A DNA stretch of 64,000 nucleotides from Eledone cirrhosa (GCA_964016885.1 OZ024740.1:369272001-369336000), one strand, 5' to 3'. Positions 12,160 through 24,374 are shown, numbered from the stretch's first letter. Program-made: numbers and translations. Notes: generated from the sequence alone by a model not told the origin.

Positions 12160-14253
12160 AGCTGCATTTATCTTGCTTTATGTCCATACGAGTTATCACC
12201 ATGTCACAACCAGTGACCTCAAGAGACAACAAGGTCCGCCATGTTCAAGAAAGAACATACATACTCACACATGCATCTTTAGGTGTTTAGACTTGTGATG
12301 TACTTATATTGACAGAATCATTCCTTTGTATATGGGCAGTTTCCATTAGTACTATATTTTGTATTTCTCCTATACGCGGGATACCTGGGATTTGCGATAA
12401 GTAATCATTAGATACCATAGGTATCATTCCTAGCGCGCCTACAACCACTGGTATCGTTTTCGTTCTCAATTTCCACATTTTTCCAATTTCTATCTCCAGA
12501 TCCTTATACTTGCTCAATTTTCTGAAATGTTTTAATATATACATTCTTGGAACGCTCATATCAATTAGCAGGCATACCCTCCTTTTAAAGTCCTTCAGTA
12601 TATCAGGTATATTTGCATCTATTTATCGGTCTATTTGGATGCTAAAGTTCCACAAGATTGAGATGTGATCTTTTTCAAGTACGGGAGGTGGATGATGCTC
12701 CCACCAATTCTTTTGATGGAGCAGATCAAAATGCTTACACATTATCCAATGTATATATTGTGCAGCTCTGTCATGCCTGTTTAGGTATTCGGTTGGAGCT
12801 ATAGGACTGCACATTGAAATGATATGATCAATGGTCTCTGGTTGTTTTTTTTACATACACGGCATAATGGGTTGCATCCATTTTTATTATGTTGCCTTGG
12901 TAATTTTTTGTTGGCAGACACTGATCTTGCGCTGATATAATTAGTCCTTCAGCCTCTGATTTCAGTCCAGAAGATGCCAACTACAGATGGGTTAAAGTTT
13001 TGTCAACATCAGAATTGTTAGCTCTTCTGGGTATTTTCCATACAGAGGCTTTTCTTGCCATTTCTTAGCCAGTTTCTGTAACAGTTCTTTCTATGCAGTT
13101 ACTTTTACCTGCTTTGCTTTTTCTGTGTTTTTCATTTCAGCGGTAAATGGAACTTCTGAAATGTGTAGTCCATTACTGTATCTTTGTGCATCTTTTGTAA
13201 TGGAGTATGATCTTTAGTGTTTCAAAACGAGTTTGATCATCCAATCATATGATTCCCTTAGATATGTAGATAATCCAATTGTTGCAGTTTTCAACGCACT
13301 ATCTACCTGGATTAACACACGTCCTCCTTCTTTCCTAGGGAGATATATTCTATCTATATCTGCCTTAGGATGATGCATTCTGTGCATGGTTAAGAATTTT
13401 CTAATTTTTGTATCGAGTCTGTGCTTGACCAGTTGATGATATTGTAACTGTTAGTTACTACTGGTATAGCAAGCGTATTTAAGGCATCGATCCTATTCAT
13501 TGCATTCAATTCCGTTTTTAAATTGCTCTTACTCTGCGGTAACATTCCTTCCTTATTCTTTACCTCATTGTCGAGTGCTTGATTCGGTAACCTTCACAAT
13601 CACCTAGATATTTGTAAGTTTCCTCTTGATCAAGTTCTCTTATCACATTCCCCCGATCAAGATTAATGTCTGAACTTTTCAGCAGCTTTCCTCTGGTGAA
13701 CGTTGCTTTGGCGCATTTATCTAGTCCAAACTCCATTTTAATATCATCACTGAACTGCTTCACTGCAATTGTTCATCATTTTTTGCAAATAGTTTCAGTT
13801 CATCCATGTAGTACAAGTGATAAATGGTTTTGTCAATGACTTTATATCCATGTTTTGTTTCATTGATTTTACCTAATGTTATAGAGTCCGATGCAGAATA
13901 AAAGCGGTGATAAATAGTCACCCTGAAAAATTCCGCAATTAATATTAACTTCTTCAGCTTCCAGTGATTTTATTTCACTATTCAAAAGGAGTGTCGTTTT
14001 CCATGTCTTCATACTGAATGGCAGGAACCTCCTGACAACGGGAGATATTTTGAAAATAAACATTTTTTCAATCCAACTGTGTGGCAAACTATCGAATGAT
14101 TTGTTTGTCTATCCAAGCAATTGATGTTTGTGTCTATTATGACAATCTTCCAGTATCATTTTGTTAACCAAAAGCTGATCTGTACAGCCTTATGAGCTTC
14201 GTTTACACCCTTTCTCCTCATTGGGAAATAGATCATTTGTTATCAGATGATCA
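12159..14253 (-). mobile_element. 5'-truncated RLE-type non-LTR element, family C (R4/Dong-like)
   Basis: MPHSWI, GIFQGDYLSPLLFC, MEFGLDKCAK, YKYLG, RHDRAAQYIHW, KYKDLEIEI..IPVVVGALG on the minus strand. Confidence 0.9.
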
Positions 14254-14290
14254 TATTATTATTATTAGATGATTATTATTTGTATTATTG

Positions 14291-17200
14291 TTCTTTGAGT
14301 ATCAGTCATTGATGTTAGTTAATTGGAAAGTTTGTTGAAATAAATACGTAGCCACTACCTGCAGCCTCAGATATTCAGGACGTATCGCAGGTTTCCTGCT
14401 GTCCCAGCAATCATGCCTTTTGAAGTGTTCCAAAACGCGGGGCGGGACCAATTTTCTTTAACCATTCTTGGAAACTCTTTGAGTACCAAGAGCGTATATG
14501 ACAATCGGGACCACTTTGAACTCATGGCAGGTAAAAATCCTTTTTACCTCCCACTTTAACTCCTGGTATCGGTTAATGTTCTGCCTCTCCTTCTCTTGCA
14601 CTCTCGTGTCGAATTGGCAGGATACATCCACAATAGGCATGATCTATTTCCCTTGTCGAAAACCACCAGGTCAGGTCTATTGTGTTCCAGTTTCTTGTCC
14701 GTCTGTATCCTAAAATCCCACAACACCTTCATCTGATCGTTTTCTATCACCGAATCTGGCTTATGCTCATACCACTTCTCAGAATGTGGTAAATTGTTTA
14801 CTTTGCATAGATGCCAGTGGATCACCCTGACCATCACATCATGTCTCCAGCTCTTATAGTGATTCTGGGATAGGTGTTTACACACGAATACAATGTGAGC
14901 CACAGTCTCCACTCTTTCTCCACAGATCCTACACTGTGGGCTAGCCTCCTCCTTGTAAATATGGTGTTTCAGCCACTTCGTTTTGAGGGCCTGCTCTTGC
15001 GCAGCCATTAGCATTCCGTCTGTAGCCTTGTTAAGGTCTCCTCTTTTCAACCAGTTCCGTGTCTGTGGATATCTAAATTCACTTTTCCCAAATAAGGTAC
15101 TATGAAGGGATTCTTTCTCCATGTTACTTCCTCCTTGGACATCCCCTGGTCTATTGTCCTCTCCTTCAGTACAATTCTGAGCATTGGCTCCCTACTATCA
15201 GTCACGTATTTGTGTAGGTTGTTTTTCTCCATCTTAACACAGTCTTCTATGCTGATAACACCTCTTCCATCTTCAGATCTCCTTAAGTAGAGTCTATCGA
15301 CATAACTCCTCTTGTGGAACATGTTGTAGATAGTCAATAGCTTCCTAGTCTTCCTATCCATTTCTTTTTGTTCAGCAACATTCCATCTCAGAATTCCCGC
15401 ACTGTACCTAATGATAGACACAGCTCGGGAATTTACTGCACTTATGGCATCCTACTGTTCAGATGTGACTTTAAAACGTTCCCTACTCTCCGAATGTATT
15501 CAGATCTTATCAATTCCTTCATTTTTTTGTTATTGATGTCATCTGCCTTCAGAACTCCTAAATATTTGTATCCCTCTTCAGTATCAATTTCCTTTATCAT
15601 CTCATCTGTTGGTACCTGGATTCCGTTGCTTCTGCTCAATTTACCCCCTCTTCATCACAAGGACTCCACACTTACTAATACCAAATTGCATACATATATC
15701 ATTGCTGAAAATACGGATAGTGTCAACAAGCACATCCAACTCCTTATCACTCTTCCTTAAGAGCTTAAAATCGTCCATGAAGAGGAGGTATTTGATGGTA
15801 AGCTCTCCCTTTCCCAACTTGTATCCTGCTCTCATATCTCGCAATCTCGCAGTATAATGATCAAGGGCATCAGGGCAAGGACAAACAACAGAGGGGACAA
15901 ACTATTTCCCTGGAAGATAACTCTCTTGATCTTCACGCCTCCCAATGATTCTCCGCCTGATGTTAACTCTGTTTTCCAGGACTTCATACTTTTGCTCAAC
16001 AACTGTCTGATGTTATCTGCCACCCTGAAGATCTCCAGGCTTTTGGTTATCCAAGAATAAGGTACCATGTCGAATGCCTTTTTGTAGTCTATCCATCCCA
16101 TGTGCAAGACCAGTGGGTCTTCTCCTGCAATTCCTCAGTACCATCTTATCAATAAGTAACTGGTCCTTTGTACCACGGGACTTCTTTCGGCATCCTTTCT
16201 GTTCGTCCGGTAACACGTTGTTTGTGTGGAGATGATGGCAGATTTCCTCAGACACAAATGCGTGTTAACAGTTTCCACATTACGGACAGGTATGTGATAG
16301 GTCTATAGTTGGTAACATCATTACCCCTGGTTCGGTCTTTTATTGCCAGAACTGTGGTACCTTTTGTCAACCACTCTGGTACATCACCTGACTTCAACCA
16401 GTCATTGAACATGGTTGTCAGTTTCGGGTGAAAGGATGTTATATTTTTAATCCAATACCTCTGCACAGAATCTGGGCCTGGTGATTTCCAGTTGGCTAGT
16501 TTTTTGGCCTGCCCCCTAAGAGTTTCAACTGTGTTACTCAAATCAGTTTGTTGGTGTGCCTGTTCACTAATCTCCTTTTGTACTGTCTCAATCCACACTA
16601 CCTGATCATTATGTTCAACATCCTGCTCCTATATTCGTCTCCACAATGTCTTAGTTTGTTCCGCCTCAGGGATCAAGTCGTTGCCTCTTTCTTTCCCTTC
16701 AAGCTGTCTAAACGACATCTTCTGGATGTTGTCAAATATGCGGTTCTTTCTATACTAACTGACTCTGCTCTCGTACTACCTAATCTTTGCGCTCTTTGCT
16801 ACAATGCGTTGCTTCAGTTCCTCTATGATAATATTTGGCTTTTTCCTCCTAGTTTTGTACTTTATTTCCAGTCTGTTTTTAGTGTCTTTGTTTTGTAGTG
16901 TCCCATTCAGTAGGGTCTCAAGCTTTCCAATGTCATTTTTCATTTCCCTGCTTTGACCATTCAGTTGCTTTTTCCCCCAAGTTTCTGCTCTTTCTTGTTT
17001 GTTGTTTCCTTTCGCTTTTATGCCAAGTAATCTCCTCACCGCATTTGTTGTTTCTTTGGGGATATTGTTGCACTGGTGAATGCTCCTCGCCTCAAGGTAT
17101 GGGATGACTTTGTTTACCTTAGCTGTTGTTTCTTTTAACTTTTTCCTGTCTACAAATCTTAGGTTCATAGGTTTCCCACTATCATTGTTCATTTCATCTA

Positions 17201-17503
17201 CCACTAAGTTTAGGATATCGACCAAATCTTGTCCTAGCCCGTCAGCATTCATTTCCTCAATGGCCGTATCTTTGTTCCAGGTATCATTTATTTCAGCATT
17301 CAGATCATTGTCTGTTTCGGATGTTTCCTCCGTCCTCTCAACCTCCTCACCCTCATCTCCCACAGGCTCGTTTGCCTGGAATACTCCACTCTCCATTTCC
17401 AATCTAATCTCTCTGCTGAGTTCCTCCAGTTCCAGCTCGCTTATCCACCCATTAGTTCTTATCACCCGAGCCTGCCCCGCCAATTTTTGTTCATCTAATT
17501 TAA
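14291..17503 (-). mobile_element. Long, slightly 5'-truncated RLE-type non-LTR element, family B (R4/Dong-like)
   Basis: LAGQARVIRTNGW N-terminal motif, NWKSPGPD, NYRPIT, EQKGCRKKSRGTKDQLLID, WIDYKKAFDMVP, LLFMDD, CRICGERVETVAHIVFVC, RHD, HNRPDLVVFDK; (TAA)n at both ends. Confidence 0.92.
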
Positions 17504-17534
<31 letters not shown>

Positions 17535-17541
17535 TTATTAT

Positions 17542-17705
17542 AGTTGCATTTATCTTGCTTTATGTTGCTTTATCTTGCCTTATCTTGCTTTGTGTTCATA
17601 CGAGTTATCACCAAGTAACAACCAGTGACCTCAAGAGACAACAAGGTCTGCCATGTTCAAAAAAGAACATACATACACACACATGCAACTTTAGGTGTTT
17701 AGACT
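17542..17705 (-). mobile_element. 3' UTR fragment of family C
   Basis: Co-linear with about 12159-12293; follows (TAT)n 17504-17541. Confidence 0.85.
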
Positions 17706-17759
<54 letters not shown>

Positions 17760-17763
<4 letters not shown>

Positions 17764-18061
17764 ATAATAATAAATTTGAAAACTAAAATCCAAAGAGGGC
17801 TCGACAAGAATAAATATATATCAAATATATAAGAACCCTAGACCAAATATTTATTAAAATAGCAGATTAAAGTTTAAGCAAAGAATCGCTGCTTTCACCC
17901 TTAACGGGATCTTCCATTAAGGGTGAAAGCCGTGATCCTTTGCTTAAACTTTAATCTGTTATTTTAATAAATATTTGCTCTAGTTTTCTTATATATTTGA
18001 TATATATTTATCCTTGTCGAGCCCTCTTTGGATTTTAGTTTTCAAATGTATTATTATTACT
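17760..18061. repeat. ~300-bp fold-back palindrome of a Penelope-type pLTR end in (TA)n
   Basis: Arms of about 145 bp are reverse complements (gtaataataata...cccttaa / ttaaggg...tattattattac); the apex holds a truncated hammerhead-like gaagatcccgttaagggtgaaag; aataaa downstream. Confidence 0.85.
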
Positions 18062-18279
18062 ATATATATATATAAGCATGTACACGTAAATACATATATG
18101 TATACAGACGTACAGTAGTATGTATATATATATATAGATACATTCACACATATATATATATGTACGTATGGATTCACCGAACATATATTATAATGCTCGG
18201 TGTGTTTGTAAAGAAACATCCTATTAAGCCGTAGTGTCCAGCAACCATCGTTGTTCGTTTGTTCAACACTGACAAAGGA

Positions 18280-18322
18280 ACGCTGTACTAGTTTCAAGCT
18301 TATTAGCTATCATCAACAACGT
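18280..18322 (-). ncRNA. Hammerhead ribozyme motif, inverted copy with C3U
   Basis: Minus strand acgttg-TTGATGA-tagctaataagctt-GAAA-CTAG-TA-cagcgt. Confidence 0.65.
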
Positions 18323-18675
18323 ATACCTTCCTGCCAGATTGTTGAACGTATATACTTACCTTATGCATATTAACGGCTGAGTAGCCCAATTTGCATATCG
18401 AGTGGGTTAATGGGTCCGGTGCACCGAAAACGATAAACTGAAAAAATGAAACGAAATTTACTGTACACCTGTATACATATATGTATGTACGTGTACATAC
18501 TTATATTTAAGTAACAGCCGTACTAAGAGCGGGAAATGAAATTTCGTTTCATTTTTTCCGTTTATCGTTTTCGGTGCATCCGGCCGATTAACCCACTCGA
18601 TATGCAAATTGGGCTACTCAGCCGTTAATATGCAGAATGTAAGTATATACGCTCAACAATCTGGCAGGAAGGTAT

Positions 18676-18718
18676 ACGTTGCTGACGATAGCTAATAAGC
18701 TTGAAACTAGTACAGCGT
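18676..18718 (+). ncRNA. Minimal type I hammerhead ribozyme
   Basis: acgttg-CTGACGA-tAGCTaataAGCTt-GAAA-CTAG-TA-cagcgt: stem I of 6 bp, stem II, palindromic stem III loop. Confidence 0.85.
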
Positions 18719-18994
18719 TCCTTTGTCAGTGTTGAACAAACGAGCAACGATGGTTGCTGGACACTACGGCTTAATACGGGATGTTTGTTTACAAACACAC
18801 CGAGCATTATAATAAATGTTCGGTGAATCCATACGTACATATATATATATATATGTGCATGTATGTATATAAATATACATACTACTGTACGTCTGTATAC
18901 ATATATGTATGTACGTGTACATACTTATATTTAAGTAACAGCCGTACTAAGGGTGGGAAATGAAATTTCGTTTCATTTTTTCCATTTATATATG

Positions 18995-19150
18995 ACGTAC
19001 ATGTACGTCAATACTCATCTTTTTCCATTTCTCCGAGGGTTCTTAACCCCACTATCAGGCTAAATAATTTCTTTAATTTCTTTAGTCAAAATACGGCGAT
19101 AGCTAACATTTCTAATAATTTCAAATCCACTCGCTGTTTCGAAAATATTC
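18995..19150 (+). repeat. Degenerate 3' part of the tRNA-derived SINE-like family seen at 27760-27930
   Basis: acgtcaatactcatc...ccattt..gagggtt...tagtcaaaatacggcg resembles 27796-27881. Confidence 0.5.
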
Positions 19151-19182
19151 TTACTTGAATATATATATATATATATATATAT

Positions 19183-20070
19183 ACTGATTAATGTTCAGAG
19201 CTATCCTCAGAATACTCGTGTAGCACCCATCCACCATCTGAGTGAGTTTCTTGGTCAGTGTCCAAGTCTCAGACCCATACAGCAGCACAGACTCCACCAC
19301 AGCAATGAAGAGGCGGATTTTCAGGTCTCTACGAAGGTCCGACTTCCACGCCGATCTCAAGCTGTGGCACGCCGCCCAGGCCTTGCTCTTCCTCTCAACC
19401 ACATCATCCTCCGTATTCCCAATCTTTGCTCCCAAATACAGGAAGTCCTCAACCAATTCCAGCGGCTTCCCGTCTACATTAGTGATCCCCTCTAGCTTCT
19501 CAACATTCTCTACCAGATATTTTGTTTTAGTCTCATTCATTCTCAGCCCCACACTCATCGACACAGTCTCAACCTCCCGCATCAAATCCTCTGCCTCCTT
19601 CACTGTATTTGTCACCAAAACTATGTCGTCGGCAAATTCAGCATCCGATACCTTTTTCGCCCCAACTCTCCTGCTCTGAGCCGGTGCTACAGTAAAGCCA
19701 GAGTCCTGGTGTTTCTCCAGTGCAAGGCGCATACAATAGTCCACTACGATGATGAAAAGGATGAGGATGAAAAACTCAGAGCTGTATGGGAGCATCCCAA
19801 AAGTCAGCTCAAAAGTGACACAGAGGAGACTGAGGTTGGCTGGACATGCTCACCGACATCCAGAGTTGACATTGCACACTCAGTGCTCCTTTGGGAGCCC
19901 CTACATGGACACACTAGAAGAGGAAGACCAAGGTTAACATATGTTGATGCCCTAAGGACAGACACTGGTCTGTTGGAGATGCAGGATATGGCAGTAATAA
20001 TGAGGGACAGAGACTGCTGGAGAGAACTCGTCCATGGATCTCGGGAATTTTACCCGCCTTAGATAGATAT
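19183..20070. mobile_element. RTE-clade LINE 3' portion with 5' inversion (minus 19183-~19760, plus ~19761-20070)
   Basis: Minus: EFADDIVL..GLRMNETKTK..FLYLG..LLYGSETWTLTK..ALNINQY; plus continues RMKNSELYGSIPKVS..RRLRLAGH..RRGRPRLTYVD..DRDCWR. Confidence 0.88.
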
Positions 20071-20083
20071 ATATATGCATATG

Positions 20084-20982
20084 GAATCAGGCAGTATAAT
20101 TGATTTCGGCGCCCGCCACTGAAACCCTTTACTAGATTACACCATCAATTGCAGGGGTCCAGGTAAATATTATTTTCTTTGACCTGCTCTGCTTTCTTCT
20201 TTTGGGGGGTTTAGGTGGATGTTGCCTTCTTGATCGCCATTCTCAATTTGTTTGGCATCTATAACCTATATTTATTGCTCTGGACTTTTTTTAGAGTTTG
20301 GAGCGCTTGCCGCATAACTCGGATATTGCGTTACGCTTTGTTTTCGACCATTGCCCGAATTCGATCTCGTTAAAATTATATTTATATTAACCTCCTGGGC
20401 CTAGCAATTAACCAGTTAATTCTATTAGATAATTCTATCGACTGATTATTTGCTTAAATTTATTTAAAAAACAACCCGCTCGCGAGCTTAATTCGATCTG
20501 TGCAGTTTTTACAATGTTTGCACTAATTATACACATGCTAAATTCATCTGCCAAGAACTGGGGTTACCTCCCTTGCAGAGTAATACACGTGGGGGTTAAC
20601 TACTGCATATTACTACTGCAGAAATCCCGCATGCTGGCTGAGAACAAAATACGTGTTGACCAAATGGCAGCCTTGTGCGATCATTATACCAAAAGCTTAA
20701 TATAGAAGCAGGCACTATAATTGATTTAGGCATCGTATAAACCTTTACTGGATTATACCATCAATTCCAGGGGTCCAGGTAAATATTCTTTTGTTTGACC
20801 TGTTTGGCATGCTTCGTTTTTTTAGCTTAGGTTGCTGATGGCTTCTTGATCGCCATTCTCAGTTTGTTTCGCCCCTATATCCTATGTTTATTGCTCTTGT
20901 CCTTTTTTAGTCCATGGAGCGCTTGCTGCATAGCTCAGATATTGCGTTTCGCTTTGTTTTCGACTACTGCCCAAATTCGATC
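20084..20982. repeat. Diverged ~280-bp direct repeats (20084-20366, 20705-20982), period about 621 bp, between (TA)n tracts
   Basis: Shared blocks ccatcaatt.caggggtccaggtaaatatt, cttcttgatcgccattctca, ggagcgcttgc, gatattgcgtt.cgctttgttttcgac. Confidence 0.8.
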
Positions 20983-20986
20983 GTAC

Positions 20987-21056
<70 letters not shown>

Positions 21057-21740
21057 GTAAGTGTGTGCGTGTGTTGTTCATATATACAAACGCACAAATA
21101 TGCTTAAACCCATGAAATGATTCGGCACGTCAGTAAGTTATAACATATATATATTTGCCGTGAATGTTCCTCTCTGTGAGTGATACAGGAATATATGTAT
21201 AGTTGTCAGAATGCTATTGGTATGCAGGCTGTTACAGAGACATTTACATGAAATATGCTTCTGTTCTGCAGGAATTCTATGAAAACTCTAGCCATCCATC
21301 ATACACAAACATGTTTGGAATTATACGTTAAAAATACAGCAAGGTTTTTCATATACATATAAATAGAAATGTTCAGAAGGTGGATAAGACGATATAAATA
21401 TATTTAAACATTAAAGAATAATAGGAAGAAGATACACTTAGACGAGAGAAAGCTTTAATATTTACTTTTCTACACACATATGTGTGCGTTTGTGTGTGTG
21501 TATGTGTGTATATATATCTATACATGTATATATCTTTATATACATATTCACATATGGACAAGTGTCTATAACGCATACAAACTTCTTACTATATCAAGTG
21601 ATAACCTAATATATTTCTTCTTTGTACCGTGTTGTTTGCTTTATTCTTTCCGTATATATAATACATAAATATATATACATACATATACATATATGAATAT
21701 ATATATATATGTATATATCTATATCTCTCTATATATATAT

Positions 21741-21943
21741 ATAGGAACGAGTAGGACCCCGACGGCTGAGCTCAAGCCGTTTCGACGGCTAATTCTGGAC
21801 TGAATCCCGTCCAGAATTAGCCGTCGAAACGGTTTGAGCTCATCCCCGGGGTCCTACTCGTTCCTATCACCGACTCTACTACCCTAAGTATTGAGTACTT
21901 TGGTGCGTTATGGTCCACCTGGTTCCTTACCACATTTCCTTCG

Positions 21944-21945
<2 letters not shown>
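21741..21945 (+). mobile_element. Short element with 60-bp fold-back (21741-21800 / 21809-21867) in (TA)n
   Basis: ataggaacgagtaggaccccg...aattctggac-tgaatccc-gtccagaatt...cggggtcctactcgttcctat; related sequence at 29431-29547. Confidence 0.8.
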
Positions 21946-22021
<76 letters not shown>

Positions 22022-22025
<4 letters not shown>

Positions 22026-22777
22026 GTGAGGTTGCTCTCGAGTGCTACTGGTAACATGTAACCCAGTACTACCTTTCTCATGGTCGGGTCTTCGGCGACT
22101 AAACCGGCGACCCAACCAAACTTGCTTGGTGAGGAGGATGATATTGGGACACCCTGCGGGATGAAATACAGAATCTGGCAAAGGGCGGAGGAACTCATCA
22201 GAGTCAACGGCCATCCAAATAGTACTTTTTCTTTTCTTTGTTTTCTACTTGGGAGTGAAGGGCCCCCTGTTGTTGTCACAACTTTCTAGGTGAGGGAAAC
22301 TCTGAAAAAAAACCCTGCGGCTTTGGAAGTATCCGATGATGTTGATCAGGTCTCCTTTTCGGGTAATGTTTTCGATGCTCAGAGAGTGGGATTGGTCGCG
22401 TGCAAATCCTTTCCCCACTTAAAGAACCTTCAAAGCACAGGCATCGCTTGTTCAGGATCTGTTACAGGTTCGTGTGACTGGCCGTAGCCTAAAAGTGCAT
22501 CAAACTCTATGATGACAGATGATAACCTTGAGGTCAATGGCAGTAAGGGCTCTGGAAATTATTGTGAAGGGGTCTGACCATGCAGGTGTCCCATGGCACC
22601 GCAGCGTGGGCCCGGTCGTCATCCTACAACTTCGGGATCTCAAGCCAGGGAGATCCATGGTTGTCGTCAGTGTGTGAAGGAGTGCAAGTCTCTAGCAGGC
22701 TTGAAAAGCCATATCCGAGCGTCTCACATCTTAATTTGACAAGCGATTGCAATACTCTTGGCACAGTTTTCAGCCAT
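22022..22777 (+). mobile_element. GC-richer insert encoding a C2H2 zinc finger; probable 5' fragment of a non-LTR element
   Basis: From 22662: CRQCVKECKSLAGLKSHIRASH; bounded by (TA)n; no RT visible. Confidence 0.45.
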
Positions 22778-24374
22778 TATATATATATATATTTAAAAGT
22801 TAAACAAGGTTCAATGAATAAATCAAATAATGATTATGTGTTGGGATTCAGAAAGTTAGATTTGCACATATATATGTTTATATATAACTAGGTATAAATA
22901 TAACAAACCATACTAATCGACAAATATTGGTTCCTCTTTCCATTGAACTGGAGCTGAAACTACAATTATAGCATTACTAATAATGATTGTAATTATCTAT
23001 TTATTATATGTATATCGTTTCACTAATACCTATAATACTCTCCATATATAGTTGTACAAATATGTTTATCTAGTGTAATAACATGCTCGTAGTTACATTT
23101 ATAAGTATTTTAGATACACAAATGACTCTCTATTGTTATAAGTGTTAGATATTCCCTTGATGTTCGAAATTATATAGTGATTATTACTTAATTTAAGTTA
23201 ATATACTTTATTTTAATTAAATTTAGATTACCTTCGGCTTTTTCACATCTTTAGCTCCTCTTTCTATCACACTCGCTGGACATTTTAGAAGTATCTTTTG
23301 TCTACTATATATTTAAATCCTCTTGCATTTTAAACTATATTTTTAATATTGGGCATTTTAATGATTCGCAAACAATTCATTATTTTTCACTCTTTATTTT
23401 GTATTTAGCCCTTATCCTTAGGACTCGTGTAGTTTTGACTTATATATTTATAGTATATATCTATTAAATTATCCTTTTTACAATAATTGATCTAAAACAT
23501 TAATTTTTAACAATATTTTCAGTAACTTATTTACTATATTGTATTATATTATGTATATTTGAAAGGTATCATCATAAGTCTTTAGACAATATAATATTCG
23601 TGTATTTTTTTGGATAAACACATATCTGTAATTTAAAATTCAGACCTCTTTAAGTTTAATTATAAGGCCTGTTGATCCTTTAGGCATTCACATTGTTAAT
23701 CATTAATTCTTTTAAAAATTATAACTGTAATTATTTTCTAAATTATATTATATAATCTGTTGTCAATATTATAAATAATTTTGGTAAAGTTTACCTTCGT
23801 GATGTTGTAAAAACATTATGTTTTCTTTCTGTGTTTGTAAATCCTTTAAATTTGATTTCATAAAATTTGATTTTAGAAATTAAATTTGATAGTATACTTT
23901 AATATTAATACAGATACCTATTAACTTTTAAAACCTAAAATATTATTCATTGCTCTGAACTAACTTAAATTAAATATTTTTAATTTTAACGGTCAACCAA
24001 ATAAGTTTAGATATATATTGTATATATGGATAATTGTCTAAAAAATTGAACATAAGTTATACCTCTTTGGTTCTCTCTCTGTAATCAACTCTCTTTTGTT
24101 TTTCGAGGCCCCTCCTAACATCCCATCAGCTGTTTCTTCCTCTATGCTTTCCTTTCTTTCCCTTTTCTTCAGTAATTTAAATTTTTTAACAGTTATATTG
24201 ATGCCAAGTATTTTTTAAGCTGTCTCACACGCACTCTCTCTATTATATGTATTATATATTTTTCTCACGTTCTCAATATTAAGGTATATAAATATTGAGT
24301 TTTGTCCTATCTTACTCACTACCATGACTGAATCTTAACCATCTACTATGTCAGGGTATGTCATGCATCATCTT

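Larger units (their letters stand above)
18070..18985 (+). mobile_element. Non-autonomous hammerhead-bearing element: 1.2 units on + (18460-18985, period 424) plus inverted partial copy (18070-18459)
   Basis: Direct repeat 18460-18560 vs 18884-18985; inverted arms 18070-18459 vs 18539-18930; same family at 27102-27604. Confidence 0.85.

Noticed and set aside
20090-20160. Hammerhead-like reading on the minus strand (..attgatggtgt..gcgccgaaatcaatt)
   Set aside because: No CUGAnGA core and no stem I; better explained as a simple hairpin.
22050-22140. HDV-like ribozyme in the GC-rich leader
   Set aside because: Could not assign P1, P1.1 and P2 pairings by eye; only one hairpin is supported.
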